Positions 1 through 9,052 of a stretch of DNA of 64,000 bases are shown in pieces. This DNA is from an uncultured Gemmiger sp. (GTDB lineage Bacteria; Bacillota; Clostridia; Oscillospirales; Ruminococcaceae): NCBI GenBank assembly GCA_944386495.1, contig CALXBE010000010.1, positions 2,822-66,821 of the forward strand, read 5' to 3'. A model generated the notes under the pieces. The model saw only the letters and a program-made list of their open reading frames with translations, was not told where the DNA came from and did no database searches. Positions within the stretch are counted from its first letter, which is position 1, and each line of letters starts with the position of its first letter. Made by a program: the position numbers and the translations under genes.

Positions 1-316
1 GGAAGAGAATAAACGGGATTTTGAGGCCCTGCTGCAGGAACTGGAGGTGGAACAGCTCCAGCCTCAGGAAAAGGCTCAGGGAAGCTGCCAGGGGCTTACC
101 TTCGTGATTACGGGAGATGTTCACCATTACAAGAACCGGGCTCAGCTCAAAGAGTATATTGAGTCCCAGGGAGGAACGGTGACCGGAAGCGTTTCCAAGA
201 AAACTTCCTACCTTATTAATAATGATGTGACCTCACAGTCCGGCAAAAATAAGAAAGCCCAAGAGCTGGGAATCCCTATTCTCTCAGAAGATGATTTTGT
301 TGCCCAATTCGGATAA
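1..316 (+). CDS. ligA: NAD-dependent DNA ligase LigA, C-terminal fragment (BRCT domain); 5' end lies outside the window
   Basis: Frame 2 is open from nt 2 to the stop at 316. The tail 'GLTFVITGD...YKNRAQLKEYIESQGGTVTGSVSKKTSYLINND...SGKNKKAQELGIPILSEDDF' is the typical LigA BRCT module. Confidence 0.75.
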   Translation, partial: EENKRDFEALLQELEVEQLQPQEKAQGSCQGLTFVITGDVHHYKNRAQLKEYIESQGGTVTGSVSKKTSYLINNDVTSQSGKNKKAQELGIPILSEDDFVAQFG

Positions 317-320
317 GAAA

Positions 321-358
321 GAAAGCCCACAGAAACAGTCTCTGTGGGCTTTCTTTTA
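321..358. terminator. Bidirectional rho-independent terminator between convergent ligA and the alkylation-repair gene
   Basis: 13-bp perfect stem GAAAGCCCACAGA/TCTGTGGGCTTTC (321-333 / 341-353) with a 7-nt loop, a T-run after it and an A-run before it. Confidence 0.7.
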
Positions 359-1060
359 GGTGCTTTTAATGCGAAGGGTACGGAGCAGCTCCTTCTGCTG
401 CGCATCCAACCGGTAGCTTTCCAGGGCCTTCTGAATGGTTTTGTTGTGGGTCCAGGGGTCCAGCGTGCGGCTGGTAAGATAGGGCAGGGTGGCTTCCCAC
501 TGCTTTGCCAGGGCGGTGGCAAAATACCAGGCAATCATCATGTTCAGATAATATTCCTGGCTTCGGATGACCGAAACCCGCTGCAAAAACTGGGGAGCAA
601 AATCCTCATCCAGGAAAAGCCGCATAAGCACGCCGATTCCGTATCGGGCTACAAAGGGCTTTTCGGACAAAAGCCAATTGTAAACATGGGGGAGCAGTTC
701 CTCCTTATGTTTGGAAAGGCAGCCGGGACAAGGCAGGTCGCAGGTGGCCCAGTTGTCAATATAGGGAAGGAACTCCTCCAATGCTCCTATGCAGGAATCA
801 AAATCCTTCATCTGCCCAATCAGGAGAAGATGAAGGCAGTTTTCCTCAAAATACCGATGGGGCAGAGCTTCCAAAAAGAGCGGAGCCAGGTCACTGGAAC
901 CAAATTCTTTGGCAAACTTCCGCAGCACCGGAGCCCTGATTCCGATGATTAGATCCCGGGGCAAAGTGGGGATGAGCTTGCATTGAAAATCGCGGAATCC
1001 CTGGTCCTGTAAACTGAAAAGCTGTATCTGAGTTTGAGCAACGGCCTGGTCCTGGGTCAT
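356..1060 (-). CDS. DNA alkylation repair protein (AlkD/AlkC-like HEAT-repeat family)
   Basis: 234-aa ORF. Family-typical segments are 'RAPVLRKFAKEF', 'LPHRYFEENCLH', 'FLPYIDNWATCD' and 'YYLNMMIAWYFATALAKQW'. Confidence 0.8.
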   Translation of the reverse strand: MTQDQAVAQTQIQLFSLQDQGFRDFQCKLIPTLPRDLIIGIRAPVLRKFAKEFGSSDLAPLFLEALPHRYFEENCLHLLLIGQMKDFDSCIGALEEFLPYIDNWATCDLPCPGCLSKHKEELLPHVYNWLLSEKPFVARYGIGVLMRLFLDEDFAPQFLQRVSVIRSQEYYLNMMIAWYFATALAKQWEATLPYLTSRTLDPWTHNKTIQKALESYRLDAQQKELLRTLRIKST

Positions 1061-1087
1061 GGATGGTCCCTTCCTTTTTCTTGATAT

Positions 1088-2077
1088 TCAGCTGAGATTG
1101 GGGCGGTCCTGGTCACCGTCCGCCTTGAACATTACAAAATCCTGGGGAAGATTGGTAAAGTAGTAGTATTCTGTGTTTTCGTACAGAGGAGGAGTAAGAT
1201 AATTGGGAATGACGACAGTGTCTTCTTCAAGGCGCTCTGTCAAACCGGTCTGCGCCCAAATTTCAGGGGGAATACCGGCATTATAGCAGTCCAGGTATTC
1301 TGCCCCTGTTTCTGCCAAAAGCTGGTCCAGAGCTTTGCCCAGCCGGGGCAGAACCTGGTCCTCGCCAATGTGATCCACCAGACGCAGCACCGGGATTTCT
1401 CCCGCTTCACCGCTTTGGACTACTCTTGTGACCAGGTAAGCCAGAAGCGCTCCCTGGTCCTGAACTGCCCATACCTGATAATTCAAATGAGGGAAATTGA
1501 AATAGCGCCGCTTGATATACCAAAGATCCTTGGCAGGTGTGTGACGGGTGGCGGGCAGGCCAAGGAACTCCAGTTTGTCTTCTGTAACAGGAGTCATGGA
1601 AAGATCTCCGCTTACAGGCAGGATGACCGGGTCTGTTACCCTTGCCAAGGCATATTCTTTTCGAGGGGCTAAGCGATAGTAATGGGGCAGCCTTTCTGCT
1701 GTCCAGCCAAGGAACCGGTAGAAGGCACAGGTTTTGGGTCTGATGTTGTTGCAGGCTACCACCCTGGCACCCAGCAGCTGGGGCAGGGCATTCATCAGTT
1801 CAAGCCCTACGCCGTTGTGCCCCTTTTTGGCGACCCAGACAGAGACCCACACATCGGGAGTGGGGGCCTGGTTGGCAGGGATATACCCGGCCACGCTGAG
1901 CCATTCTTCTCCCTGCTGAGCAATGGCAAAATGAAGTTTGCCGGGAGATACATAATAGTAGTCAAACCACTCAGGACGGTTGATTAAAGGCAGCTTCCAA
2001 TCAAAATACTGGTTCACAAACTCTTTGATCTGGTTTTCCTCACCGGGGTGAGCCAGACGAAACTTAACTTCACTCAA
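1088..2077 (-). CDS. GNAT-like acyltransferase, last gene of the FkbH/ACP cassette
   Basis: 329-aa ORF overlapping the upstream SDR gene by 8 nt. It has a GNAT motif-A-like 'VWVAKKGHNGVGLELMNAL' followed by 'AFYRFLGW'. The second half is unassigned. Confidence 0.5.
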   Translation of the reverse strand: MSEVKFRLAHPGEENQIKEFVNQYFDWKLPLINRPEWFDYYYVSPGKLHFAIAQQGEEWLSVAGYIPANQAPTPDVWVSVWVAKKGHNGVGLELMNALPQLLGARVVACNNIRPKTCAFYRFLGWTAERLPHYYRLAPRKEYALARVTDPVILPVSGDLSMTPVTEDKLEFLGLPATRHTPAKDLWYIKRRYFNFPHLNYQVWAVQDQGALLAYLVTRVVQSGEAGEIPVLRLVDHIGEDQVLPRLGKALDQLLAETGAEYLDCYNAGIPPEIWAQTGLTERLEEDTVVIPNYLTPPLYENTEYYYFTNLPQDFVMFKADGDQDRPNLS

Positions 2078-2801
2078 TGGCGCTGCCTCCTGTTACAGGT
2101 AAAGTGACTCCGGTAATAAACCGGGCTTCCTCGCTGAGCAAAAATGCCATGGCGGGCACTACATCCTTCACCCGGGCATTCCGGCCCATGGGGTTGTCTG
2201 CGGCACTGGCCTGAACAACCAGGTCAGGAGTATCGGTGAGGAAGCGAGTCTCCATCATGCTGGGAGCCACGCAGTTTACAGTAACTCCAAAGCGGGCGTA
2301 TTCCACAGCCAGGCTTTTTACCAGCCCGCCGATGGCGCTCTTGGCCATAACATAGGCGGCGGTGTTCTTGGGCGGAGCCCCGATGGTGTAACTGGTCTGG
2401 ATAAACAGCACTCTTCCGAACTTTGCCTTGGCCATACGGGGAAGAAGTGCCTTGCAGATTTTCACTGCACTCATCACCTGAACATTCATGTCCAGGAGAA
2501 AACGGGACTCATCAAAATTCTTGAACTTTGCATTGACGACCCTCAGTGCCGGCAAATGAACAAAGTGGGTGGGAAGAGGATATTTTTCGCCAATCTCGGC
2601 AAGAAAGCCATCCAGCGCCGCCGGGTCAGTCAGGTCAATGTCGTAAGAAACGATTTGGCCCGGATGGGCGGAGGAAAGATCATCCAAAAGATGGAGGTCG
2701 CCCATGCCCTGGGCAATCACCAAATCTTCAGGTCCCATAATCCGCTCAATGAGAGCCCGCCCCACATCACTGGTGGCTCCGGTAATCAGATATACTGCCA
2801 T
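2070..2801 (-). CDS. SDR family oxidoreductase (3-oxoacyl-ACP reductase-like)
   Basis: 243 aa with the N-terminal Rossmann motif 'ITGATSDVGRAL' and the catalytic 'YVMAKSAI' (YxxxK). Confidence 0.85.
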   Translation of the reverse strand: MAVYLITGATSDVGRALIERIMGPEDLVIAQGMGDLHLLDDLSSAHPGQIVSYDIDLTDPAALDGFLAEIGEKYPLPTHFVHLPALRVVNAKFKNFDESRFLLDMNVQVMSAVKICKALLPRMAKAKFGRVLFIQTSYTIGAPPKNTAAYVMAKSAIGGLVKSLAVEYARFGVTVNCVAPSMMETRFLTDTPDLVVQASAADNPMGRNARVKDVVPAMAFLLSEEARFITGVTLPVTGGSAIE

Positions 2802-2814
2802 GGATATGTCCTCC

Positions 2815-3231
2815 TTATTGGGCCAGTCCGGCCTTGATGGTGGCCCGGACTACCTTCTTTCCATCCTGGTTCAGAATTTCCCCTCGGATAGTGATTTCCC
2901 GGAAAGTTTCGTTTACTTCTGTCACCGTTCCAACCACGGTAAGAGTGTCTCCGATGAATACGGGCCGGGTAAACTTACTGTCTACCTGGTGAAGGAGGCA
3001 ATGCTCTCCGGGTAAATATACCCCCGCCAGTGTGCTGAGCAGGGAAGCGGAGAGCATGCCGTATACCACCCGGCCTGGGTAACCCCGTCCGGCAGCGTAT
3101 TCTGCATCCATGTGGATGGGGCTGCAATCGCCGGTGATGGCATAGAACTGATCCATCATTTCCGGGGTTACGGTAACGGTGAAGCGTTCTTCCATCCCGG
3201 TATGGATTTGGTCAATGGTGTAATGATTCAT
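2815..3231 (-). CDS. MaoC-like hot-dog fold (de)hydratase
   Basis: Start taken at 'MNHYTID', which has AAGGAG 9 nt upstream. The segment 'AITGDCSPIHMDAEYAAGRGYPGRVVYGML' is the MaoC hydratase signature region. Confidence 0.8.
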   Translation of the reverse strand: MNHYTIDQIHTGMEERFTVTVTPEMMDQFYAITGDCSPIHMDAEYAAGRGYPGRVVYGMLSASLLSTLAGVYLPGEHCLLHQVDSKFTRPVFIGDTLTVVGTVTEVNETFREITIRGEILNQDGKKVVRATIKAGLAQ

Positions 3232-3302
3232 GTTTGCCGGCTCCTTTCCGGTATATAAACAGACTGCCGGGCAGCAGAGCCCGGCAGTCAGAAGGGAAAA
3301 CA

Positions 3303-3545
3303 TCAGGCGGACAGACGGGCGATCAGTTCCAGAATATCCCCTACATTATTCAGATTGCGAACATCCTCAAGTTTGAACTTGATTCCGAACTTCTTCTCCA
3401 TGGCGGTAAGAAGGTTGATCTGCTCCAGGCTGTCCCAGTCTTCAATATCCTGGGCGCTGGTGGCGGGGGTGATCACCAGGGTGTCATCGTCAAAGTTGTC
3501 ACGAAAAATGTTCTGGACAGCATCCAGAATTTGATTTTTATCCAT
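3303..3545 (-). CDS. Acyl carrier protein
   Basis: 80-aa acidic protein with the phosphopantetheine site motif 'DWDSLEQINLL' (DSL). Confidence 0.85.
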   Translation of the reverse strand: MDKNQILDAVQNIFRDNFDDDTLVITPATSAQDIEDWDSLEQINLLTAMEKKFGIKFKLEDVRNLNNVGDILELIARLSA

Positions 3546-3548
3546 GCT

Positions 3549-5339
3549 TTACTCCTTGGTTGGATTGGATTGAGACTGAATCACCTGACACATGGGAGAA
3601 AAATCCTCCGGAATCCGGTAAAGATAGCTCTTGTTTCCCTGGTCGTCACACTCGGTCTCCTCGAATCCGATTGTACCATAAAAATCCTGTACAAGCAAGT
3701 TTTTTGGGGTGGGGGAATAGTGCCCGGTAAGGGTGGTGATTCCGCTGTTCCGGCAAGCCTCCACCAGATGATCGAACATGGCAAATTCCATCTGCCGCTT
3801 GAAGGTCCGGCAGCTCATGATCCACAGCTCGATGTCCAGATTGTTATCCTCTCGGTGCCCGATAATGGCAGAGACGATTCCGTTGTCCCCGAATTTGTCA
3901 GCCAGCTGACCATAGAGGGTGATATATTCCGGACTTTGTATCATGCCTTCTACCTGGGCAGCACTGTACCGCCGGGTGGTGAGATTGAACTGGTTGGTCT
4001 TGTTGATGAGCTGGGTGATCCGAGGGGCGTGCTCCATGTCAAAGGGATAAAAGCCGCCAGTCATTTCCAGGCTTTTCAGGTATTCTTCATAGCTTCCGAA
4101 ATTTTCCTGGGCGGCGGTCCGCTGATAATTTTCCTTGTACATTCTGGCCCGGTTCCGGTCATCTGCCGAAAGGGTGGTGACCTCAAAATACCGGTTCCGG
4201 TCCAGGACCCTGGCGTACTCTTCCGGTGCTGTCATCTCCGGCACAGCCACGCCGGGAAGCTGCTGGCGGATGATTTCCCGCTCGGCAGGATTGTCGTCCA
4301 CAAAAACAAAGCTTTCGGGGAGAATATTGATTTCCTTGGCCATGGCGGACAGGTTCTGGCTTTTGGGCTCCCAGTTGGCCTTGAAGCAGAGGAAGTCCTC
4401 TTCTTTCAAAACACTGTCTTCCCGGGCAAAACCTTCCTTGGCGTTGGCGGGTTCATTTTTGCTGTCCACATTGAGAAGAACGCCCATCTGCCCCAGGTCT
4501 TTTATGTACTGCTGGAACTCAGAATAGGCCATGCCGGTGGGGGATTCGCTTCCCAGCTGGATTCCCTCGGGACCGTCATCCCCAATGATGCCTCCCCAGA
4601 GGGTGTTATCCAGGTCCAGGGCCAGTGCTTTCTTGTTAAGGCCGAAACAGCTTTTGATAATTGCCGCAAGGTTGCAGCAAAGGTCGGGCAGCTTGTCGAT
4701 GGCACAACAGTATTTGTAGGCATACCAGGCGGTCTGGTCACTGAAAGAGTCCATCCCAAACTGAGCCTGAAGATAAGCCAAGTCCTGGAGATACAGGTTG
4801 GGGGTGTTGTCTGCCAGCTGTGCCAGCTTTTCGTTCAGCCGACGGACAAAACGGACTTTGCCGGCAGGAGAACTGGCCTCGTAGTTCCCCATGGGACGAG
4901 TGACAGGCAGATCAAAGTTGTTAAGGATCACCGGACAGCCAAAGCGGAGTCCGGCAAGGGCTGCTTTCTCAAAGCGGGAGTATTCGTCCTCCAGCAGAGC
5001 CTCCGCCTCCTGGGCAGAGGCGGCAGGGGAGGGCCAGTGACGGATATTTCTGCTGCTGGTGTGGATATATATAATGTCAGGTGCAAAGGCTTTCAGGGAG
5101 CCATCGTCAAAGACCAGCTCTTCATAGAACAAGGAATATTCTCCCTGATGAAAGACGGGCCGGATACCGTTGTCCAGAAGGAACAGTTCCAGTAAATTCT
5201 GAATTTCGCCAATGGTGCTTCCGCTGAGAATTGCAATCCGCTTTTCCGGCAGGCCTTCCTTCTCGTTAAGCATCTTTTTCAGCCGGCGCTTTTTTTGCAG
5301 AATCTCTCCCGAATCAAAAGGGTAGGATAACAGATTCAT
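3549..5339 (-). CDS. FkbH-like HAD-superfamily IIIC phosphatase/acyl-ACP loading enzyme
   Basis: 596 aa with the HAD motif I 'LALDLDNTLWGGIIGDDG' and the overall FkbH architecture. It sits immediately upstream of the ACP gene. Confidence 0.8.
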   Translation of the reverse strand: MNLLSYPFDSGEILQKKRRLKKMLNEKEGLPEKRIAILSGSTIGEIQNLLELFLLDNGIRPVFHQGEYSLFYEELVFDDGSLKAFAPDIIYIHTSSRNIRHWPSPAASAQEAEALLEDEYSRFEKAALAGLRFGCPVILNNFDLPVTRPMGNYEASSPAGKVRFVRRLNEKLAQLADNTPNLYLQDLAYLQAQFGMDSFSDQTAWYAYKYCCAIDKLPDLCCNLAAIIKSCFGLNKKALALDLDNTLWGGIIGDDGPEGIQLGSESPTGMAYSEFQQYIKDLGQMGVLLNVDSKNEPANAKEGFAREDSVLKEEDFLCFKANWEPKSQNLSAMAKEINILPESFVFVDDNPAEREIIRQQLPGVAVPEMTAPEEYARVLDRNRYFEVTTLSADDRNRARMYKENYQRTAAQENFGSYEEYLKSLEMTGGFYPFDMEHAPRITQLINKTNQFNLTTRRYSAAQVEGMIQSPEYITLYGQLADKFGDNGIVSAIIGHREDNNLDIELWIMSCRTFKRQMEFAMFDHLVEACRNSGITTLTGHYSPTPKNLLVQDFYGTIGFEETECDDQGNKSYLYRIPEDFSPMCQVIQSQSNPTKE

Positions 5340-5404
5340 ATCAGGTCTCCTTGGGCAAAAATCTTTTAATTATACAAAAATATTCTATCACAAGGAGCTA
5401 TCTG

Positions 5405-5707
5405 TTACAAGCCGTAGTCTTCCAAAAGACTTTCCAGTTCAGAGTCGTTATAAACCGGAACTCCTTTTACAAGAGCAGCCTGATCACTCTCCGGAAGAAG
5501 ACGGGTATAAACCTCATATTCCTCTAAGAAGGTTTCACCATCGGGGGAATAAAGGGCAAGCTTTCCTCCCTGGTCCATAAGCAGATACCGGGGCTGCGGT
5601 ACCTCCGGCTCAACCGCGGCCGGCACAAACATCCAGATCAGTGCTGCTGCCAGGGCAGCCACACAGAGGATGGCCAATACTCCAAACCAGATTTTTTGTG
5701 TACGCAT
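5405..5707 (-). CDS. Small membrane-anchored protein, BofC C-terminal-domain-like
   Basis: Start at 'MRTQKIW' with a GGGGG RBS 7 nt upstream. One N-terminal TM helix is followed by 'YLLMDQGGKLALYSPDG...LLPESDQAALVKGVPVYNDSELESLLEDYGL'. Confidence 0.5.
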   Translation of the reverse strand: MRTQKIWFGVLAILCVAALAAALIWMFVPAAVEPEVPQPRYLLMDQGGKLALYSPDGETFLEEYEVYTRLLPESDQAALVKGVPVYNDSELESLLEDYGL

Positions 5708-5928
5708 AGCAAGACCCCCTTGCTTTTGGAATGAGTATGACACAGTCTGCAACAGCTTATTCAAGGGAAGAAAAACAGGTTCTGAAAAACCTTTGGATTT
5801 TTTTAAGATTATTTCAAATTGTTGAAATTTTGGTTTTTTGGGTGTACTTTTAAGGTGGTGTTGTGCTATAATAGCAACTAGATGACTGCGTTTTGAGACG
5901 ATTCAATGTATCAACGCAGGAAATTGGC

Positions 5929-8331
5929 ATGCCCCCTTTTATGTATGACCCAAGGAGGATTTTTGGTTTGGACAACAATTCTCGTAAATTAAAGACCAGA
6001 GGAGCAGTGGGAAGCAGCTCTTCCCGGCAGGCTTCTGCCCCCAAAGCGGCGGAAACTCCTGCTCCCCGAAAGCCGCATAAGAAGCGGCCGCTCTGGAAGC
6101 GGTTCCTGCGTTTCTGTGCGTATTGCTGCTGTGTGGGTGTTATCCTGTGCAGTATTCTTGCTGTTTTTCTAAGTAAGTATGTGGTGGATGTGACCGAGGA
6201 CGACGCTGAACTCCTGAATCTGGACAACCTGCGTCTTTCCATGAGCACCATCAACTATGACCGGTACGGCAACGAGTACAGCACCTTCAGCGGAAACAAC
6301 CAACGAATCTGGGTGGATGAGAGCGAAGTGCCCGAGTACCTGAAGTGGGCCATTATCTGTACTGAGGATAAGGACTTCTATCGGGAGCGGTGGGGCGTTA
6401 ACTTCAAGCGTACCATTGCCGCCTTCATCAATGAATACACTCCCATCAAGCTGTTTGATTCCCGTCAGGGTGCTTCCACTCTGGAACAGCAGCTGATCAA
6501 AAACCTGACCAACGATGACGATGTGGATGCCATGCGTAAGGTCCGGGAAATTTTCCGGGCCATTGGTTTGTCCAACCGCTATTCCAAGCAGAAGATCCTG
6601 GAAGCCTATATGAACACCATCAGCCTGACCGGTACCATAGCAGGCGTGCAGGCTGGCGCTCAGGAATACTTTGGCAAGGATGTCAGTGACCTGACCCTGG
6701 CAGAATGTGCCGTTATTGCAGGAATCACCAAGAATCCTACCCGGTACAATCCCTTTACCAACCCGGAAGATGTGCTGACCCGCCGGAATGACATTCTCTA
6801 CTTCATGTACACCCAGGGCAAGATCACGGAAGAGGAGTATACCGCTGCTTCCGCTGAACCCCTGGTGCTGGTGGAAAGCAAGAATGCAGCACAGACTTCT
6901 ACCGCTACCTCCAATAACTCCTACTTTACCGATGCTCTCTACTATGAAGTGCTGTCTGATCTCCAGACTGAGCTTGGCATGAGTGCGGATGAAGCCCGGA
7001 ACATGATTTACAACGGTGGTCTGCGTATCTACACCACTGTGGATACCGAACTGCAGTTGGCCGCTGAGCGGATCATGCTGGATGAGGACGGAAGCCGGTT
7101 CAAGCCTTTGTGGCATGAAGAAGAGGTTACCGAACTGGCCGAGGATGATATCCCTGTCTACGAGGAGGACGGAGTTACCCTCAAGACCTCTGAGAATGAG
7201 AAGGGAGAAACCGTCTACTACCGGAAGGTGCGTTCTCAGGGCTCTCTGGTCGTTGTGGACTATGACGGACAGGTCCAGGCTTTGGTAGGCGGCATCGGGG
7301 AGAAGACCAAGGATCTGGCCTTCAACCGCGCCATTGCTCCCCACCAGACAGGTTCTACCATGAAACCTGTTGCAGCCTACAGCCTGGGCATTGAGTACAA
7401 ACTCATCAACTACGGTACTGTTATTCCGGATTCGCCTTTGTACACTGCTGCAGACCGCAAGGTGCTGAACACCGATTACTGTCTCAAGTATGGTTACTCT
7501 CTGAATACTTCTGATCCCCGGACTCTGGCAAACGACGCCTGCTGGCGTGATTGGCCTGTCAACTATTCCGGCGCCGGTTCTGGAAAGAATGTGACCGTTT
7601 CTTATGCAATTGCTCAGTCTCTCAACACTGTAGCAGCCTGGGTTGGCAGCTTTGTGGGAATTGACAATATGTATAACTTTGTCACTGATACTCTTGAGCT
7701 GGAGTATATCACGGAGGCTGATAAGGATTACTCTCCTCTGGTCCTGGGTGGCCAGAGCAAGGGCCTTACCGCGGTGGAGCTGGCTGGCGTTTACACCATG
7801 TTTAACGACGGCAGTTATACCAAGCCCTATATGTACACTCGTATCGAGACCTACACTGGTGATGTCCTGATCGATAAGCAGAGCAATGCAACTACCATTC
7901 AGGCCATCAGCGAGGAAACCGCAACCATTATGAACCGGTTGCTGGCTAATGTTGTCCGTTCCGGCGGTACTGCTGCCGGCAAGAAGCCTGCGGGTCAGAT
8001 GGATGCAGCCGCCAAGACCGGTACCACCAGCGACTTTAAGGACTTTACCTTCGTCGGTATGACTCCCTACTATGTCACCGCTTTGTGGTGGGGCTTTGAT
8101 ACTCCTTACAGCTTCGATAACTTTGGAATCCGGAGTGGTACTCCCACCCAGCAGGCATGGAAGGACCTTATGGAGGAAGTGCAGGCTGATCTGGAATACA
8201 AGGAGTTCTTCTTCTCTGACAATGTGATCGTTCAGAACGGAGGATATTACACCGCAGATAATGTCACGGTGAATACCGAGCCTGATACTGCCACCACCAC
8301 TGAAACTGTGGAACCTGCTCCGGCAGCGTAA
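5929..8331 (+). CDS. Class A penicillin-binding protein (glycosyltransferase + transpeptidase, PBP1A family)
   Basis: GT51 motifs 'ICTEDKDFYRERWGVN' and 'GASTLEQQLIKN', and transpeptidase 'TGSTMKP' (SxxK). The start is ambiguous between TTG 5893, ATG 5929 and ATG 5941. Confidence 0.9.
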   Translation: MPPFMYDPRRIFGLDNNSRKLKTRGAVGSSSSRQASAPKAAETPAPRKPHKKRPLWKRFLRFCAYCCCVGVILCSILAVFLSKYVVDVTEDDAELLNLDNLRLSMSTINYDRYGNEYSTFSGNNQRIWVDESEVPEYLKWAIICTEDKDFYRERWGVNFKRTIAAFINEYTPIKLFDSRQGASTLEQQLIKNLTNDDDVDAMRKVREIFRAIGLSNRYSKQKILEAYMNTISLTGTIAGVQAGAQEYFGKDVSDLTLAECAVIAGITKNPTRYNPFTNPEDVLTRRNDILYFMYTQGKITEEEYTAASAEPLVLVESKNAAQTSTATSNNSYFTDALYYEVLSDLQTELGMSADEARNMIYNGGLRIYTTVDTELQLAAERIMLDEDGSRFKPLWHEEEVTELAEDDIPVYEEDGVTLKTSENEKGETVYYRKVRSQGSLVVVDYDGQVQALVGGIGEKTKDLAFNRAIAPHQTGSTMKPVAAYSLGIEYKLINYGTVIPDSPLYTAADRKVLNTDYCLKYGYSLNTSDPRTLANDACWRDWPVNYSGAGSGKNVTVSYAIAQSLNTVAAWVGSFVGIDNMYNFVTDTLELEYITEADKDYSPLVLGGQSKGLTAVELAGVYTMFNDGSYTKPYMYTRIETYTGDVLIDKQSNATTIQAISEETATIMNRLLANVVRSGGTAAGKKPAGQMDAAAKTGTTSDFKDFTFVGMTPYYVTALWWGFDTPYSFDNFGIRSGTPTQQAWKDLMEEVQADLEYKEFFFSDNVIVQNGGYYTADNVTVNTEPDTATTTETVEPAPAA

Positions 8332-8366
8332 AGGGTGTGTCCTTGCTGTAAACACAAAATCCTCAA

Positions 8367-8411
8367 AAACCCCTGTATCTGTTTTCGGTAAACGGATACA
8401 GGGGTTTCTTT
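8367..8411 (+). terminator. Rho-independent terminator after the PBP gene
   Basis: 13-bp stem AAACCCCTGTATC/GATACAGGGGTTT followed by a T-rich tail. Confidence 0.7.
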
Positions 8412-8597
8412 GTGCAGACACAGTAAACAATGCATGGAAAAACCTTACAATGTAAAAGCGCCGTTGGGGAATAAAATTGTACAAGAGTCCGAAAATTTCC
8501 TTGAAAAGAAAAAACAAACGCACAAACCTTGCACCCGGGGGCATAAAAGTGATATATTAAGCAAGACGAAAACAAATGTGTGCGAGGTGAAAACAGT

Positions 8598-9023
8598 ATG
8601 GAACGCCGATTTCTTTTGGTGGACAGCAGTGTTCTGCCGGAAGTTTTCTTGAAGGTTCTGAAAGCTAAGGAGCTGCTGGCCTCAGGCGCCGCCCGGAATA
8701 TTTCTCTGGCCGCCAAGGAAGCAGGAATCTCCCGCAGTGCATTTTACAAGTATAAAGACAGTGTTTTTGATGCCGAAAGTTCCCGGGAAATTATTACGGT
8801 TCAAGCGGTTCTGCTGGACGAGACGGGAGCCCTTCAAAACCTGTTGGCGGGAATCAGTGCTGCCGGAGGCAGTATTGTTACCATCAACCAATCCACCCCT
8901 GAAAACGGAGCAGCGCAGGTGGCAGTCAGTGTGCGGACCGCTACCATGCAGATGAGTGTTGAGGAAATGCTTCATCGTCTTAGCCGGCAGAGAACCGTAG
9001 TGGAAGTCCGTAGAGGAGCATAA
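8598..9023 (+). CDS. ACT domain-containing protein, UPF0735 (PheB-like) family
   Basis: Start at 'MERRF' with a GAGGTGA RBS. The HTH-like segment 'GISRSAFYKYKDSVF' is followed by an ACT-like domain. Confidence 0.75.
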   Translation: MERRFLLVDSSVLPEVFLKVLKAKELLASGAARNISLAAKEAGISRSAFYKYKDSVFDAESSREIITVQAVLLDETGALQNLLAGISAAGGSIVTINQSTPENGAAQVAVSVRTATMQMSVEEMLHRLSRQRTVVEVRRGA

Positions 9024-9052
9024 GCGACAGAGAGGGAGAGAGGAGCAAGATC

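Noticed and set aside
3234-5195. 653-aa ORF antisense to the FkbH gene. Similar long antisense ORFs occur at 6169-8544, 18326-19792, 41852-43768, 44345-45880, 51763-55017 and 55035-57086.
   Set aside because: Each lies fully opposite a gene with clear family motifs. The translations are low-complexity (Gly/Val/Leu/His-rich) with no recognisable domain and no RBS. Stop-codon depletion antisense to strongly codon-biased genes is the expected artefact.
8410-8716. Small ORFs in the PBP/ACT-protein intergenic region (8410-8652 plus strand, 8363-8716 minus strand)
   Set aside because: They overlap a terminator and a promoter, have no RBS, and have biased, non-protein-like composition. The region is better explained as terminator plus promoter (TTGCAC-18-TATATT) plus leader.
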